A stretch of DNA of 64,000 bases from Macrostomum lignano (taxonomy: Eukaryota), in NCBI GenBank assembly GCA_002269645.1, contig NIVC01000785.1:1-64000 (forward strand), written 5' to 3'. A program made the position numbers and the translations under genes. Numbering within the stretch: the stretch's first letter is position 1; each line of letters begins with the position of its first letter. Below the pieces are notes generated by a model. It made no database searches. It worked only from the letters and a program-made list of their open reading frames with translations, and was not told where the DNA came from. This document shows positions 12,561-23,204 of this stretch, piece by piece.

Positions 12561-13541
12561 TTAGCTACAACCCCCTTAGCTACAACCACCTTCTAGACTA
12601 CAATCTCTTTGGCTACAACCCCCTTAGCTACAACCCCCTTCTAGACTACAATCTCTTTGGCTACAACCCCCTTTAGCTACAACCCCCTTACCTACACCCC
12701 CTTAGCTACAACCCCCTTCTAGACTACAATCTCTTTGGCTACAACCCCCTTTAGCTACAACCCCCTTACTTACACCCCCTTAGCTACAACCCCCTTAGCT
12801 ACAACCCCCTTAGGTACAACCCCCTTAGCTACAACCCCCTTAGCTACAACCCCCTTAGCTACAACCCCCTTAGCTACTTAACCCCCTTAGCTACAACCCC
12901 CTTAGGTACAAACCCCTTAGCTACAACCCCCTTAGCTACAACCCCCTTAGCTACAACTCTTTTAGCTACAACCCCCTTAGCTACAACCCCCTTAGCTAAA
13001 ACCCCCTTAGCTACAACCCCCTTAGCTACAACCCCCTTAGCTACAACCCCCTTAGCTACAACCCCCTCAGCTTAACCCCTTTAGCTAAACCCCCTTAGCT
13101 ACAACCCCCTTAGCTACAACCCCCTTAGCTACAACCCCCTTAGCTACAACCCCCTTAGCTAAAACCCCCTTAGCTACAACCCCCTTAGCTACAACCCCCT
13201 TAGCTACAACCCCCTTAGCTACAACCCCCTTAGCTACAACCTCCTTAGCTACAACCCCTTAGCTACAACCCCCTTAGCTACAACCCCCTTAGCTACACCC
13301 CCTTAGCTACAACCCCCTTAGCTACTTAACCCCCTTAGCTACAACCCCCTTAGGTACAAACCCCTTAGCTACAACCCCCTTAGCTACAACCCCCTTAGCT
13401 ACAACCCCCTTAGCTACAACTCTTTTAGTTACAACCCCCTTAGCTACACCCCCTTAGCTACAACCCCCTTAGCTACAACCCCCTTAGCTACAACTTCCTT
13501 AGCTAGAACCCCTTAGCTACAACCCCCTTAGCTACAACCCC
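12551..13541. repeat. 15-bp minisatellite (GCTACAACCCCCTTA), ~1 kb
   Basis: Direct inspection; begins inside the SINE tRNA head. Confidence 0.97.
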
Positions 13542-13647
13542 TCTGCAAGCGCAGAACTAATAGAAATTATCAGAAGTACAGCACTCGTACAATGAACTAA
13601 TGAACTAATAATAATATTTTAAGATACACCTGTTGAATAATTTCGCC

Positions 13648-14201
13648 TACACATCCTATACATCCTATACATCCTGCACATCCTACACATCCTGCACATC
13701 CTACACATCCTGCACATCCTGCACATCCTACACATCCTACACATCCTGCACATCCTACACATCCTACACATCCTACACATCCTACACATCCTGCACATCC
13801 TACACATCCTGCACATCCTACACATCCTACACATCCTGCACATCCTACACATCCTGCACATCCTACACATTCTTACACATCCTGCACATCCTACACATCC
13901 TACACATCCTGCACATCCTACACATCCTGCACATCCTACACATCCTGCACATCCTACACATCCTACACATCCTGCACATCCTACACATCCTGCACATCCT
14001 ACACATTCTTACACATCCTGCACATCCTACACATCCTACACATCCTGCACATCCTACACATCCTGCACATCCTACACATCCTGCACATCCTGCACATCCT
14101 ACACATCCTACACATCCTGCACATCCTACACATCCTGCACATCCTACACATCCTTCACATCCTACACATCCTACACATCCTGCACATCCTACACATCCTA
14201 C
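13648..14201. repeat. 9-bp tandem (ACATCCTAC/ACATCCTGC)
   Basis: Direct inspection. Confidence 0.97.
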
Positions 14202-14370
14202 TTTCGTTAATAACTAATCTGTTCTAAATATGATCAGCTTTATATTATATTAGAACAGCCATAAGATATACGGTTCTTTTATCATAAACTTGAAAAAGGA
14301 AAAAAATTGATGTCACCTGTATATTTGAAACTGTATATTTGAAATCGGTTAACAAAAACTGGTGTCAAAG

Positions 14371-17300
14371 TCAGCCGATCTGGCCAGATGTCTGTGTCGC
14401 CCATGCCCGGCCCTGAAGCGCCGTCCGTCCGACGGTGCCGAGTCGCCGCAGGCGCCGCCGGGCCGCCCAGTAGCCACGCCATCGCTCGAAGTCGCCGGCA
14501 CGCCCGCCCGCCTTGGCGAACTCCTCAGTGGAGAAGCTCGGGTCCGGCTGGACAGTGACGCACCAGCTCAGCGGAGCCACGCTCGCCTCCTCCGCTACTT
14601 CAGCATCTCCAGCGTCCTCTTCATCTTCAAGGTCGTCATCGTCATCCTTGCCGCCAACTGAGAGCTCACCGGATGCCAGGCTGCCCAGAGCTCCTTGAAT
14701 GTCGGCAGCAGCGGGCGCCAGCGGGGTCAGCCTGAAGGGATTCAACGAGCGGAGAAGCTCGGAAAATCCGGACACAGCGTCGCCGAAGACCAGGTAGGTG
14801 CCCGGGCGGAGGCGACGCTTGCTTTCCAACGCGGCGGCGACAACGTAGCGCGCTTTCAGACGACGTCGAAGCGTGCGTGCCGGCATCCGATCAGTGTGGG
14901 CGCCGTCCAGCAGCAGCCGGCCGGTGCGCGGCTCCCACACGGGCGGATAGGCGCCAACCAGGCCGCAGCTGGCTCGGACAGAGCGCCACAGTGTTCCAGT
15001 CGCGTGTGCCACCGCCTGGGCCGCCACCAGGTCGGTGCTGACCGCTACAAACGGCAGCCAGAGATCCTCGGCCTGACGGTGATCGCCGAACAGTTGCCGG
15101 AGGGAGGCGTTGAGCTCCGCTCCGGTGTAAGTTGCCACCAGCGGCAGCGTTAGGTCGCGCAAGCGGGACCAGCGCGAGTCGATGCGCGCCCAGTGACGCT
15201 GCAAACCGGCTCGAGTGGCGCCAATGTCGCCTGCGTGCAGCGCCCAGGCCGCGGCGGTGAGCGCGCCGAGGCCGCTCCCAGCGATCATATCGACTGCGAC
15301 GCCGTCGGCCAGCAGAGCTTCCAGAACGCCGAAGTTGGCCAGACCGCGGGGCGCCGCGCTGCCGAAGGCGAGGCCGACCCCGGCGCCGGTGACGCAGCGG
15401 GTCAGGCGGGCGAGATCCGAGTGGGAGCTGATCCAGCTGGCCAACTCAGGCTGCTGTGCGGCCGACTGCGCTGCTGGTTTTGCAGCCGAGCCTTCGGGCT
15501 TTGGCTTGTAACGCCCTGTGCTGTAGCGCACATGGTACACGCGTCGAGCCCACCACCTGGTAATTGACAAAAATTTACTACTTATATCAGTAGGACGCTT
15601 GCAGCTTGCGATAGAAGGGAGTCAAGTTTTAAATCGTGCACTCTACGAGGAGATTTAGGCCAGCGCCTTTAAACTCCTAAATTATCTCTAGACCAAATGT
15701 CGATTCAGGATGCAAGTTGAATGAAAATTCCCGACGTGCGGAAAACTCGAAAACTGAAATTACCTTCGCCGTCGAAGAAAGCGCAGCGAAGTGCCCTCCG
15801 GCACTGGGCGCAGGGTCAGTGGGTGAAACACTGCCACGTGTACCCGACTAAGATGCATCTGAGAGTAGAAATTTTCTGCTTTGCTCGGCACCTCGCCGCT
15901 CGCATCAGCTCCAGCTACGTTCGAGTCGCAACACACGACTAGACAGTCGAGAAAGCCGAGCACCATCCGGGTCCACCGGGTCACCGGACCGGTGCTGACT
16001 AGCACTAAGACGGAGAAGGCCAGCTCCAGGTCCTCCAGCCAGTTGCGCAGCGCCGCATCGGGCAGCTGATCAGCCGGACGGCCAAAGTGCCGCTCGACGT
16101 CGGTTTCCGACACAACCATGGCAGTTGCAGTGCCATGGGCTGCGTCCAGACAGAGCTGGAGGTGATGCAGCAGCTCGTTCAGGTTGAATCGTGTCGGATC
16201 AATCTCGAAACCAACCAGACGGGATCGGTTTCGCCGTCGCTGCCTCGTCAGCCAAGCAGTCACATGCGCAACTGGCTTCTCGTCTTCATCTGGCGCGTAG
16301 CCAAGGTCGTCGTCGTTGTTTTCTTTGATTCCATTGTCGCTTGCGTCACGACGGCAAGCCCGAAGCCGCGTTTGTTTCCGGCGTTGGAGCCGCGTCAGCC
16401 GCTGCTGCTGACGGTCGAGCTGGGCCTCGCACATGCTGCCTAACAGGCGGTCAAGGATGTTCAGCCTACGAGTATTGGAGACCCAAGCCCGAGCCAGGCT
16501 GAGCGGCAGTGAGACGGCGCGAGACTCGCGAACGGCCACAATGTCACCGGACCAGCATGTGCTGACGGCGCCGCTCTCCATCAAGCCTTCAATCAGGCCG
16601 GGGCAATCGCCGCGAGTAAACTCAGTGCTACCGTCGCGTCGAAGACGACCGCTGACAACGATCTCTACTGTTTCTGTGGGATCACCTTTTCGAACCAGAT
16701 GATCTCCTCGGTGAAGCCTTCGATTGTTAATGAGCATGTCGTAGAGAAACACCTGACGAGTCAGTTGACGCAGCAAGAAGCTAACGGCGGCCTCCGAAGA
16801 GGATTCTGTTGCTTTCGGGTATCTGAATTTCGGTTTTAATGTTTTGAAAGGCTTAATTGTTTGAATCTAGCACAAGTCTACAGAGCTGCATAAATATGTA
16901 TGTCTTTACAAACACATTCTCAGAAATGTATAATTGGATAAAAGTCTGAGTGCAGCTAAAAATGTAGTACAAGAATACATTATACCATGTCTACATGAAA
17001 CTTTTGCTTACAAATTAGCCGATAGGCTCCCTCAAAAATAAAATAAACCTGAACATCTCGTCCATCAAAGCGTCGGAAAAGATGGCTAAAACGACGCCGC
17101 CTCCGCCGCCGCCACCGCCAACGACGCCGCTGCCATCGCGTTTCGCATCATCTTCGTCATCAGCATCGTCGACAGCCGGTCGCACCTGGAATGGCAGTCG
17201 ACTTTGCGCAAAGTACGGGACAAGACCGACCCAGCCTGGCAGAACGCTGCTGCTTCCCTGGCTGACGCCAAGCGTGGCCTGAGTTGGCGTGGTCTCCAGG

Positions 17301-18789
17301 CGTCCTTCCAGCACCAGGAAGGCGCGAAAACCGTCCAGAGCTTCCTTATCTGGTGCCACTGAGCAATACACAATTGTGATGTGATCTTCAGCGCCTTCGC
17401 TTGGGCTGGCCGTCCCACTGATCTCCTCAAGCAACCGGACAGCCAGCCGTCGGTACAAGGGCCTGCGCTCGTAGAATGACATGCTGGCAAAGTTCGCGCC
17501 TGAGGTTGCGGCTACTTCGTCCGCAAGGCGGTCGATTTCTTGGGAAAGCAAATCTTCGTAGAATTTTGTTTCGAGAAACCTGAAAAAAGCAGGATGATTG
17601 CGTACTTTCTTTAATACTCGTACTTTCTGGCCAAGTTCAGTCTTCAGTCTTTGATCTATTCAACACCAAAAATCTTATTTGGGATTGTCTACAAAAATCG
17701 GCTGAGGCTTGCCATGACATTAACACACATAAGAGCCAACCCCCAAGGCACATAGAGTGTACCTGCCTGACGTCAGAGCCGCTGTGTACCCTGTTTGAGC
17801 GTGTGTATGAGGAGGATGCCCACAGGTCTCCTACCAATGTTTATGTATGTACTTTATCATTCTATGCGACAAGATTAAATGTCATTACGAGCTCCTCTAC
17901 TTCGACCCCTCACTGCCACAGAAACGCATTTGATTAAGAATCGAACAGAACGTGCTACTCGAGCACAAACACGTGCACACCTTCCTGCCTCCAGACCGAG
18001 CCACTCCACCAGCACCAGCAGCAAGGTGTCGTTGATATGCGACCAAAGCTGCAGCAGCAAGTGTCGTTTGGCCTCCGGCCATGCGTCCAGACAGTTGGCA
18101 ATGCTCGCAAAGGAGATCGACCAAAAACCGTCTGGCGGCATCCGGGCGTGCAGGCTGCACGGAAACGAGTGGACAGCTTGCGAGATGCTCTGCCGTTGCC
18201 GCTCCGACAGCAGAGAGCGCGCCAGGCCGCTAGGACTGTACAGAAGCCGCAGGCCGCCGGTGCGGAACCGAGTGGCAGCTCCGCCTCCACTGGCTGGCTG
18301 CAGGCTGAGGGTGACTTGAGTGTCCGAGTCGGACAGAACGAAAAGCCGATCGAGGCCCGTGTCGCTCTGGTAGAAGCAGTCGCAATGCACAAAACGCCCG
18401 CAACCTTGCTGACGACCTTCGGTTTGCAGAGCCTCGGCAATAGCCGTTAAAGGCTTGGAGTCGAGCGTCTTGAAGAACGGCGAGTCGCTCAATGCTTCGA
18501 TAAGGCTGTCGAGCTCGGTTCGCTTGCGCACCTCCTCGTCTATGAAGTCTTGCAGGGAGCTGATCGACCTGCTCACAGTGGAGCTACGATCTCGCCCCAA
18601 CTGGCACCGAGCTTCGACCTCCGTTTCCAACTGGTAGCTGCTGGCGCTCAGCAGGCTGATGATGTTGGACACAGTCTGCGTAGGGCGCACTGCCCGATAA
18701 CGCAAGACTTTGTACGCGAGGCGTTGCACTGTGTGCGCGAGAGCGAGGCATACGGCCAAGGCAGCGAGTAGCCAGCTAAGCTGTAGCAT
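14371..18789 (-). CDS. Divergent neuropathy-target-esterase/PNPLA6-7 (swiss cheese)-like protein: N-terminal TM, cNMP-binding-like domains, C-terminal patatin domain with degenerate catalytic motifs
   Basis: Four exons, all three introns GT-AG and phase 2: 18789-17981, 17579-17049, 16822-15764, 15556-14371. N-terminal hydrophobic MLQLSWLLAALAVCLALA; cNMP-like HLVRKGDPTETVEIVVSGRLR; NTE-like ISSHSDLARLTRCVTGAGVGLAFG, GVLEALLADGVAVDMIAG, EDLWLPFVAVSTDL, GTLWRSVRASCGLVGAYPPV, GRLLLDG. Confidence 0.87.
17719..17811 (+). repeat. Ancient ~100-bp dispersed repeat, copy A (also 33549-33650 and 38350-38453)
   Basis: Shared core CAACCCCCAAGGCA..AGAGTGTAC.TGCCTGACG....TCAG.GCCGCTGT.TAC.CTGT.TGAGCGTGTGTA.GAG, aligned by eye. 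Confidence 0.7.
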
Positions 18790-18936
18790 GGTTTACCCAA
18801 GTTTTACAATATCTATATTGTTTAAACAACCAGCGTTAACTTAATAAGCTGTTAAAATTAATTTGAGCCTCCGCCAGCGCCAATCGAGTTTGTAACACGT
18901 GCTTAACAAAACTTGGTTTCTAACATAGATAATTTA

Positions 18937-21054
18937 TAGCTTTTTCAGCTAATTTGGGCTTACGCACATTGAATTTAATCTAAGATAGGTTTGCCGATGT
19001 AACGGAGCTTTTGTCTATGGTAGCAAGGCTGGCACAGCGGCATTTCATTTGGTCCAAAAAGCATCAATTTGTTCATAGCTTCATTTGCAATTGTTGCGGA
19101 GGAGCAAGATCAGCCCCAGAATACTGGACCATATGCTAGGCTGTTGAAAGAATGCCATTGGCTTGTGAAGCACTCGACAGAGGTGAACACCCAAAGGACA
19201 TTGCAAGGTTGCTGAATGTAAAAGATAAGATGGTTTGGAGCATCCATCAGCGCGTTAAAACTCTGCCGGCAGAGATTGCCTGCGAAAGGGTGGCAATCGC
19301 CAAAGCAAGTAGCTCGAGAGCCTCTTGACTTACTTACTGACTTAACTGCCGAGCAGTCCGAAGACGCAGCGGGGAGGCGAGCGCCGCCCATTCCGCCAAA
19401 CCCTGGTGACCCGCTTCAGCAAAGGTGCGGGGCCAGTCAGGGCGGTCCGCCAGTACGTCCTGCAGAGTTATCTTCGATGGGGAAGAAAGAGGCTCGTCTA
19501 GTTGCCCGAAGGAACCGGACGAGCCGTGAGATGTTCTCGGGTCTGCAAACGTCATCGATGGATGGGTTTGGACCGAGGTGGTTTAGCCGCTCCCTAGTGA
19601 AGAACGGGCATTGACAGACGAAATGCTGAGCATCTTCATCGTTGTACTCGCAAAAGAGGCTCAGTTCATTCCGGATGTCGCCCCGGAGGCAGCAGTGCCT
19701 AGCGAAGCAGCCATGAACCTTGAGGGTCATAGCAAGAGCTCGGATGTCCTTCCTGCTTCGGTTCACGTGATTGTCGGCAGGTGGTGAGGTTCATCCATCT
19801 GTCCCTGTGCAGGGCGGAGGCCCAGGCACCAATGCTGCGATTGATGATGGCCGCAGGGATCGGAGCCAAGGGCAGAGGTCCCTGGAGGGAGCCGCCACTT
19901 CCTTGTTTTGCAAGCGAGTCGGTCAGCTCGTTTCCAGGGAAGCCAGCGTGACCTGGGATCCATTTGACCTGGACGCATTTTCGCGTCCCAGTGTATTGAG
20001 CATCCGGGCGCAGTCGGAGACCGTCCGGGAGGCCGTAGTGGGGTGACAGAGGGCTAGCAGAGCAGTCTGACTGTCGGAGTGAAAAACTATCTATAGTTTT
20101 TCCGGAGGTGTTTTTGCTGCATAGCTCTGCAGCGCAGGAGCTAATAGCAAGGACCTCGTTCTGGAAGACAGTAGAAAGTCTTCCAGTGTGCTGGGCATGC
20201 GTGGCGAGCCCGCGGCCATTGGTGAGAATGCAGACCCCAAAGCCGGAGAGGCCGTCTTTTAGGGATCCGTCTGTGTAACAGTGGACCTCCTGGGGATTCC
20301 AGTGGTCGTTTGCCTCCTCTCGGGGAGGAAGACTGACCTTGAATCGAAGACAAAGGTTGAGCGTGCGAGGTTCCCCGTCCGAGAGGACGTTGAGGCCGCC
20401 GCTCTCCTGAAAATCTTTGAGACAAAGGTCGGAGTGAGGCAGATGCTTGCGCTTAGCCATTGCCCTCTGGGGCTTGAGAGTGATGCCGGTGTCGATGAGA
20501 CGCCGGGCAGCTTTTGCTGCCTCACTGCGGACGAAAATGTCCAGCGGAGGCAGGTCAAGGAAAGCGTTGAGGCCGTCGAAGGGAGCAGAGGACGGGGCGC
20601 TCATGAGCACGCCCCTGCACTCGTTTAAGAGCTTCGAAACAGGTCTCAATCTGCAGGGCACTGGCCCAGGCTCGAGAGCCTTAGGTCCAACTGCTACTTG
20701 ATGCAGTTGAGAAGAACACTTTGTTTACGTTGCAGAAAATGCAGCAGAAGTTGAAGGAACAGTTCCAGTTGGCTATCAGATTTTGATTATCAGCGGAGCT
20801 CTGGAAAAGCGACTGAAAATTGTTGGTAGAGACGCTGACATTCCAGTGGTCCGCAACCATCGCAGACGGTTGCGAGAAGGCAATAGTTTGTCCAATGGCT
20901 CACGAGCGTTCGGACCAAATTGATGCTTGTTGGACCAAATGAAATGCCGCTGTGCCAGCCAATTGCTACCATAGACAAAAGCTCCGTTACATCTGCAAAC
21001 GTATCTTGGATTAACTTCAATCCCAAATAAGCCCAAATGGGGTGCAAAAAGCTA
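18937..21054 (+). mobile_element. Non-autonomous IS630/Tc1-mariner-like DNA transposon with ~138-bp TIRs and TA flanks, interrupted by a LINE fragment
   Basis: 18937-19074 is the reverse complement of 20913-21054 (e.g. GATGTAACGGAGCTTTTGTCTATGGTAGCAA / TTGCTACCATAGACAAAAGCTCCGTTACATC); ends read TA|TAGC...GCTA|TA; internal HTH-like remnants EALDRGEHPKDIARLLNVKDKMVWSIHQR (~19168-19255) and LDAVEKNTLFTLQKMQQKLKEQFQLAI (~20697-20778); no DDE domain visible. Confidence 0.8.
19324..20669 (-). mobile_element. 5'-truncated non-LTR retrotransposon (RNase H plus C-terminal CCHC; R1/LOA/I-like) with a perfect 12-bp TSD
   Basis: Minus-strand connection motif APFDGLNAFLDLPPLDIFV, RNase H CYTDGS...FQNEVLAI...WIPGHAGFPGNELTDSLAKQG (frameshifted), C-terminal HGCFARH...FC...ED.QHFVCQCP; 3' tail AGTCAGTAAGTAAGTCAAG; GCTCGAGAGCCT duplicated at 19312-19323 and 20670-20681; RT absent. 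Confidence 0.92.
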
Positions 21055-22669
21055 TATTAAATATAGGTTTCTCTATGCATACATGCTTGCTTATGGACCA
21101 AACAGTTTTTACCTCAAGCCAAAGATACATACAATATGGGAAAAATACTAAAAAGGGAAACTTGTAAATAAGACTGAGGATTAATTGCAGAAGTGTAGAA
21201 AGAAGATTGCGAAAATCACTACAACTACGGTGTACTCAGTGAAGTGAGAGAAATCTTATTGTCAGAAGTTGCAGCTGAAATCAAAGAACTGAAGGCGCAA
21301 GGAGTAGACAACATAAGGCAGAATTTTTAATCTGGTGCGAAATGGCATATCTTTTAAACACTACTATGAGTACTACCAGTAGCATAATAAGTTGCTGCGA
21401 TATGAATAATTGAACTTTTACGCTCGTTTTATAGGCTATTTAGTAGGAAATTGACTTATGAAGAAAAAGCATCAAGGAGGCAATGATTGCATTGAAGACG
21501 GTCTGTCTACAAGGCTACATGGTTTCAATTAGGATGTACTTAAATTAAAAAAAACAAGTAGCATTCCTGCAAGATTTCAACCGTGCGGCAGTTTCTTAAA
21601 GCATTTTTCATCTCTGTCTCTTTATTTGAGCAGTAACAACTTCTCAAAATCTCTTTTGTTTCCAAATTCCAATACCAAGAGCTTCACTTGCAACTCAAAA
21701 GTTTTAAACGGTGTTTTTTTAGCAAAATTGTATCAATCTGATGGGAAAGCTTCAAGTCACTAATCAACATGATGGCCTAGTTTGTCACGTCAATGCAAGT
21801 CTGCAGGTGCTTCTATCCGTGAGAACTTTCTGGAGCACCCTGTATATTGCTTGTATGAAATATCTTCATTCCACTCTGTAGCTACCTGATTTGTCGTAAA
21901 GCAAAATTTGCATTACACTAAGGCCGGTTGATGAGCAGGTCAAGAAGAAAGGTAGCCAGACAAAGAAGGAAAATCTCGGCTAAAAGAATGATTTGATAAG
22001 TTATTCAAAAAGCCTTAGCAGATTCCGGCGCTTTTGATCCGGAATTATTCTGGATTAGGCAAATCCAGTCAAGCCAAGAAGACGCTTGGAGCAGGGAAGC
22101 CCTGGAAATTGAATTGATTACTTACAATCAAGATTAACGACAACAAGATCGAAGTACGAGTGTAACAGCCCAGAAAAATCTAGTAATCGTCGATTGATTT
22201 ACAGTGAAGATAAATAAGCTGTATCAATTTTTACATGTTTAATCAAAATCCAACTTGGCGATTTTTTATGATTTCAGCAGCCAAAGCAACGCAAGTATAC
22301 AGACTTGGGTCTCTGCTAGAAGTTTTTCGTATCAACTTTTGTATCGCATCATTTTTTCTGCTTTATATTTTCAAGGGCTTTACAGTAGCTGCTGTACCCA
22401 GTGCTTGAATTGAAAGAGGAATTTTCAACGGATAAAATTTACAAACATTTTCTTTCGTTAAGTAGTGCAGAATTAACAAGAGTAAATTTCTACTTGCAGC
22501 AGCAATAAATTATAAAAATCCAGAAATTTGTTAAAACTATTAAAGTATTTAATTGCGTTTGATAGTTCGACCGCGCTTCAAATTCAAAATCAATTCAATT
22601 CGTATTAAATCGATTGGCCAGAAAATTCCGTGCTTGAATCGGATCGAGCTGGAAGGGCCTTTAAACCAG

Positions 22670-23204
22670 CAGATTCCATGGTCTGTCGAGGACCACTGCC
22701 CCAACGCACAAGACCTCGTGACTTTTTCTATTTTTAGAAATTACGTCACTTGGGTCTCCGGGCAGAGTGCACAAGGCTGTGACTCAGTGTCTATTTTTAG
22801 AAACATGAGTCACTCCTCTCCTTAGAGAAGGGAAGCGCCTTAGGCACGTGATTCTCCCGTAAACACAGACCAGCGAGTGCAGTAAACATGTTTACTGCAC
22901 TTTAGGACTCCAAGAAAACAAGACCTGTCATGTTACTTGCTCACATGACAGGGGAAAAAGGCCACCGGCGTTACGTCAGGACTGGAGCGAAACAAGGGCA
23001 GACCACAGCAGAGAAGCCTGTGGCTGCAAACGAGAGCGCAGAAAACGGGCAGAAAACGGAAGGGGGGACAGCAAACAGGCAGACAAGGGAAGGTGGGGGA
23101 AGCTGACCAGCGGCAGACAGCGACCCAGGGCGAGGGCGAGGGCGAGGGCGAGGGAAACTGCTGATAAAGGGGGACGCCTAACACCAAACTAGCGGATCAC
23201 TACA
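22670..23204 (-). mobile_element. LTR-like repeat, partial copy (5' ~530 bp), homologous to 50618-50691 + 52153-52620
   Basis: Reverse complement starts TGTAGTGATCCGCTAGTTTGGTGTTAGGCGTC; long matches to the 52-kb copy (GTGACTCATGTTTCTAAAAATAGACACTGAGTCAC, GGTCGCTGTCTGCCGCT); AP-1-type TGACTCA/TGAGTCA sites. Confidence 0.7.

Noticed and set aside
21832-21844. GGAGCACCCTGTA, resembling a Tc1/mariner right end
   Set aside because: No matching left TIR or transposase remnant found nearby
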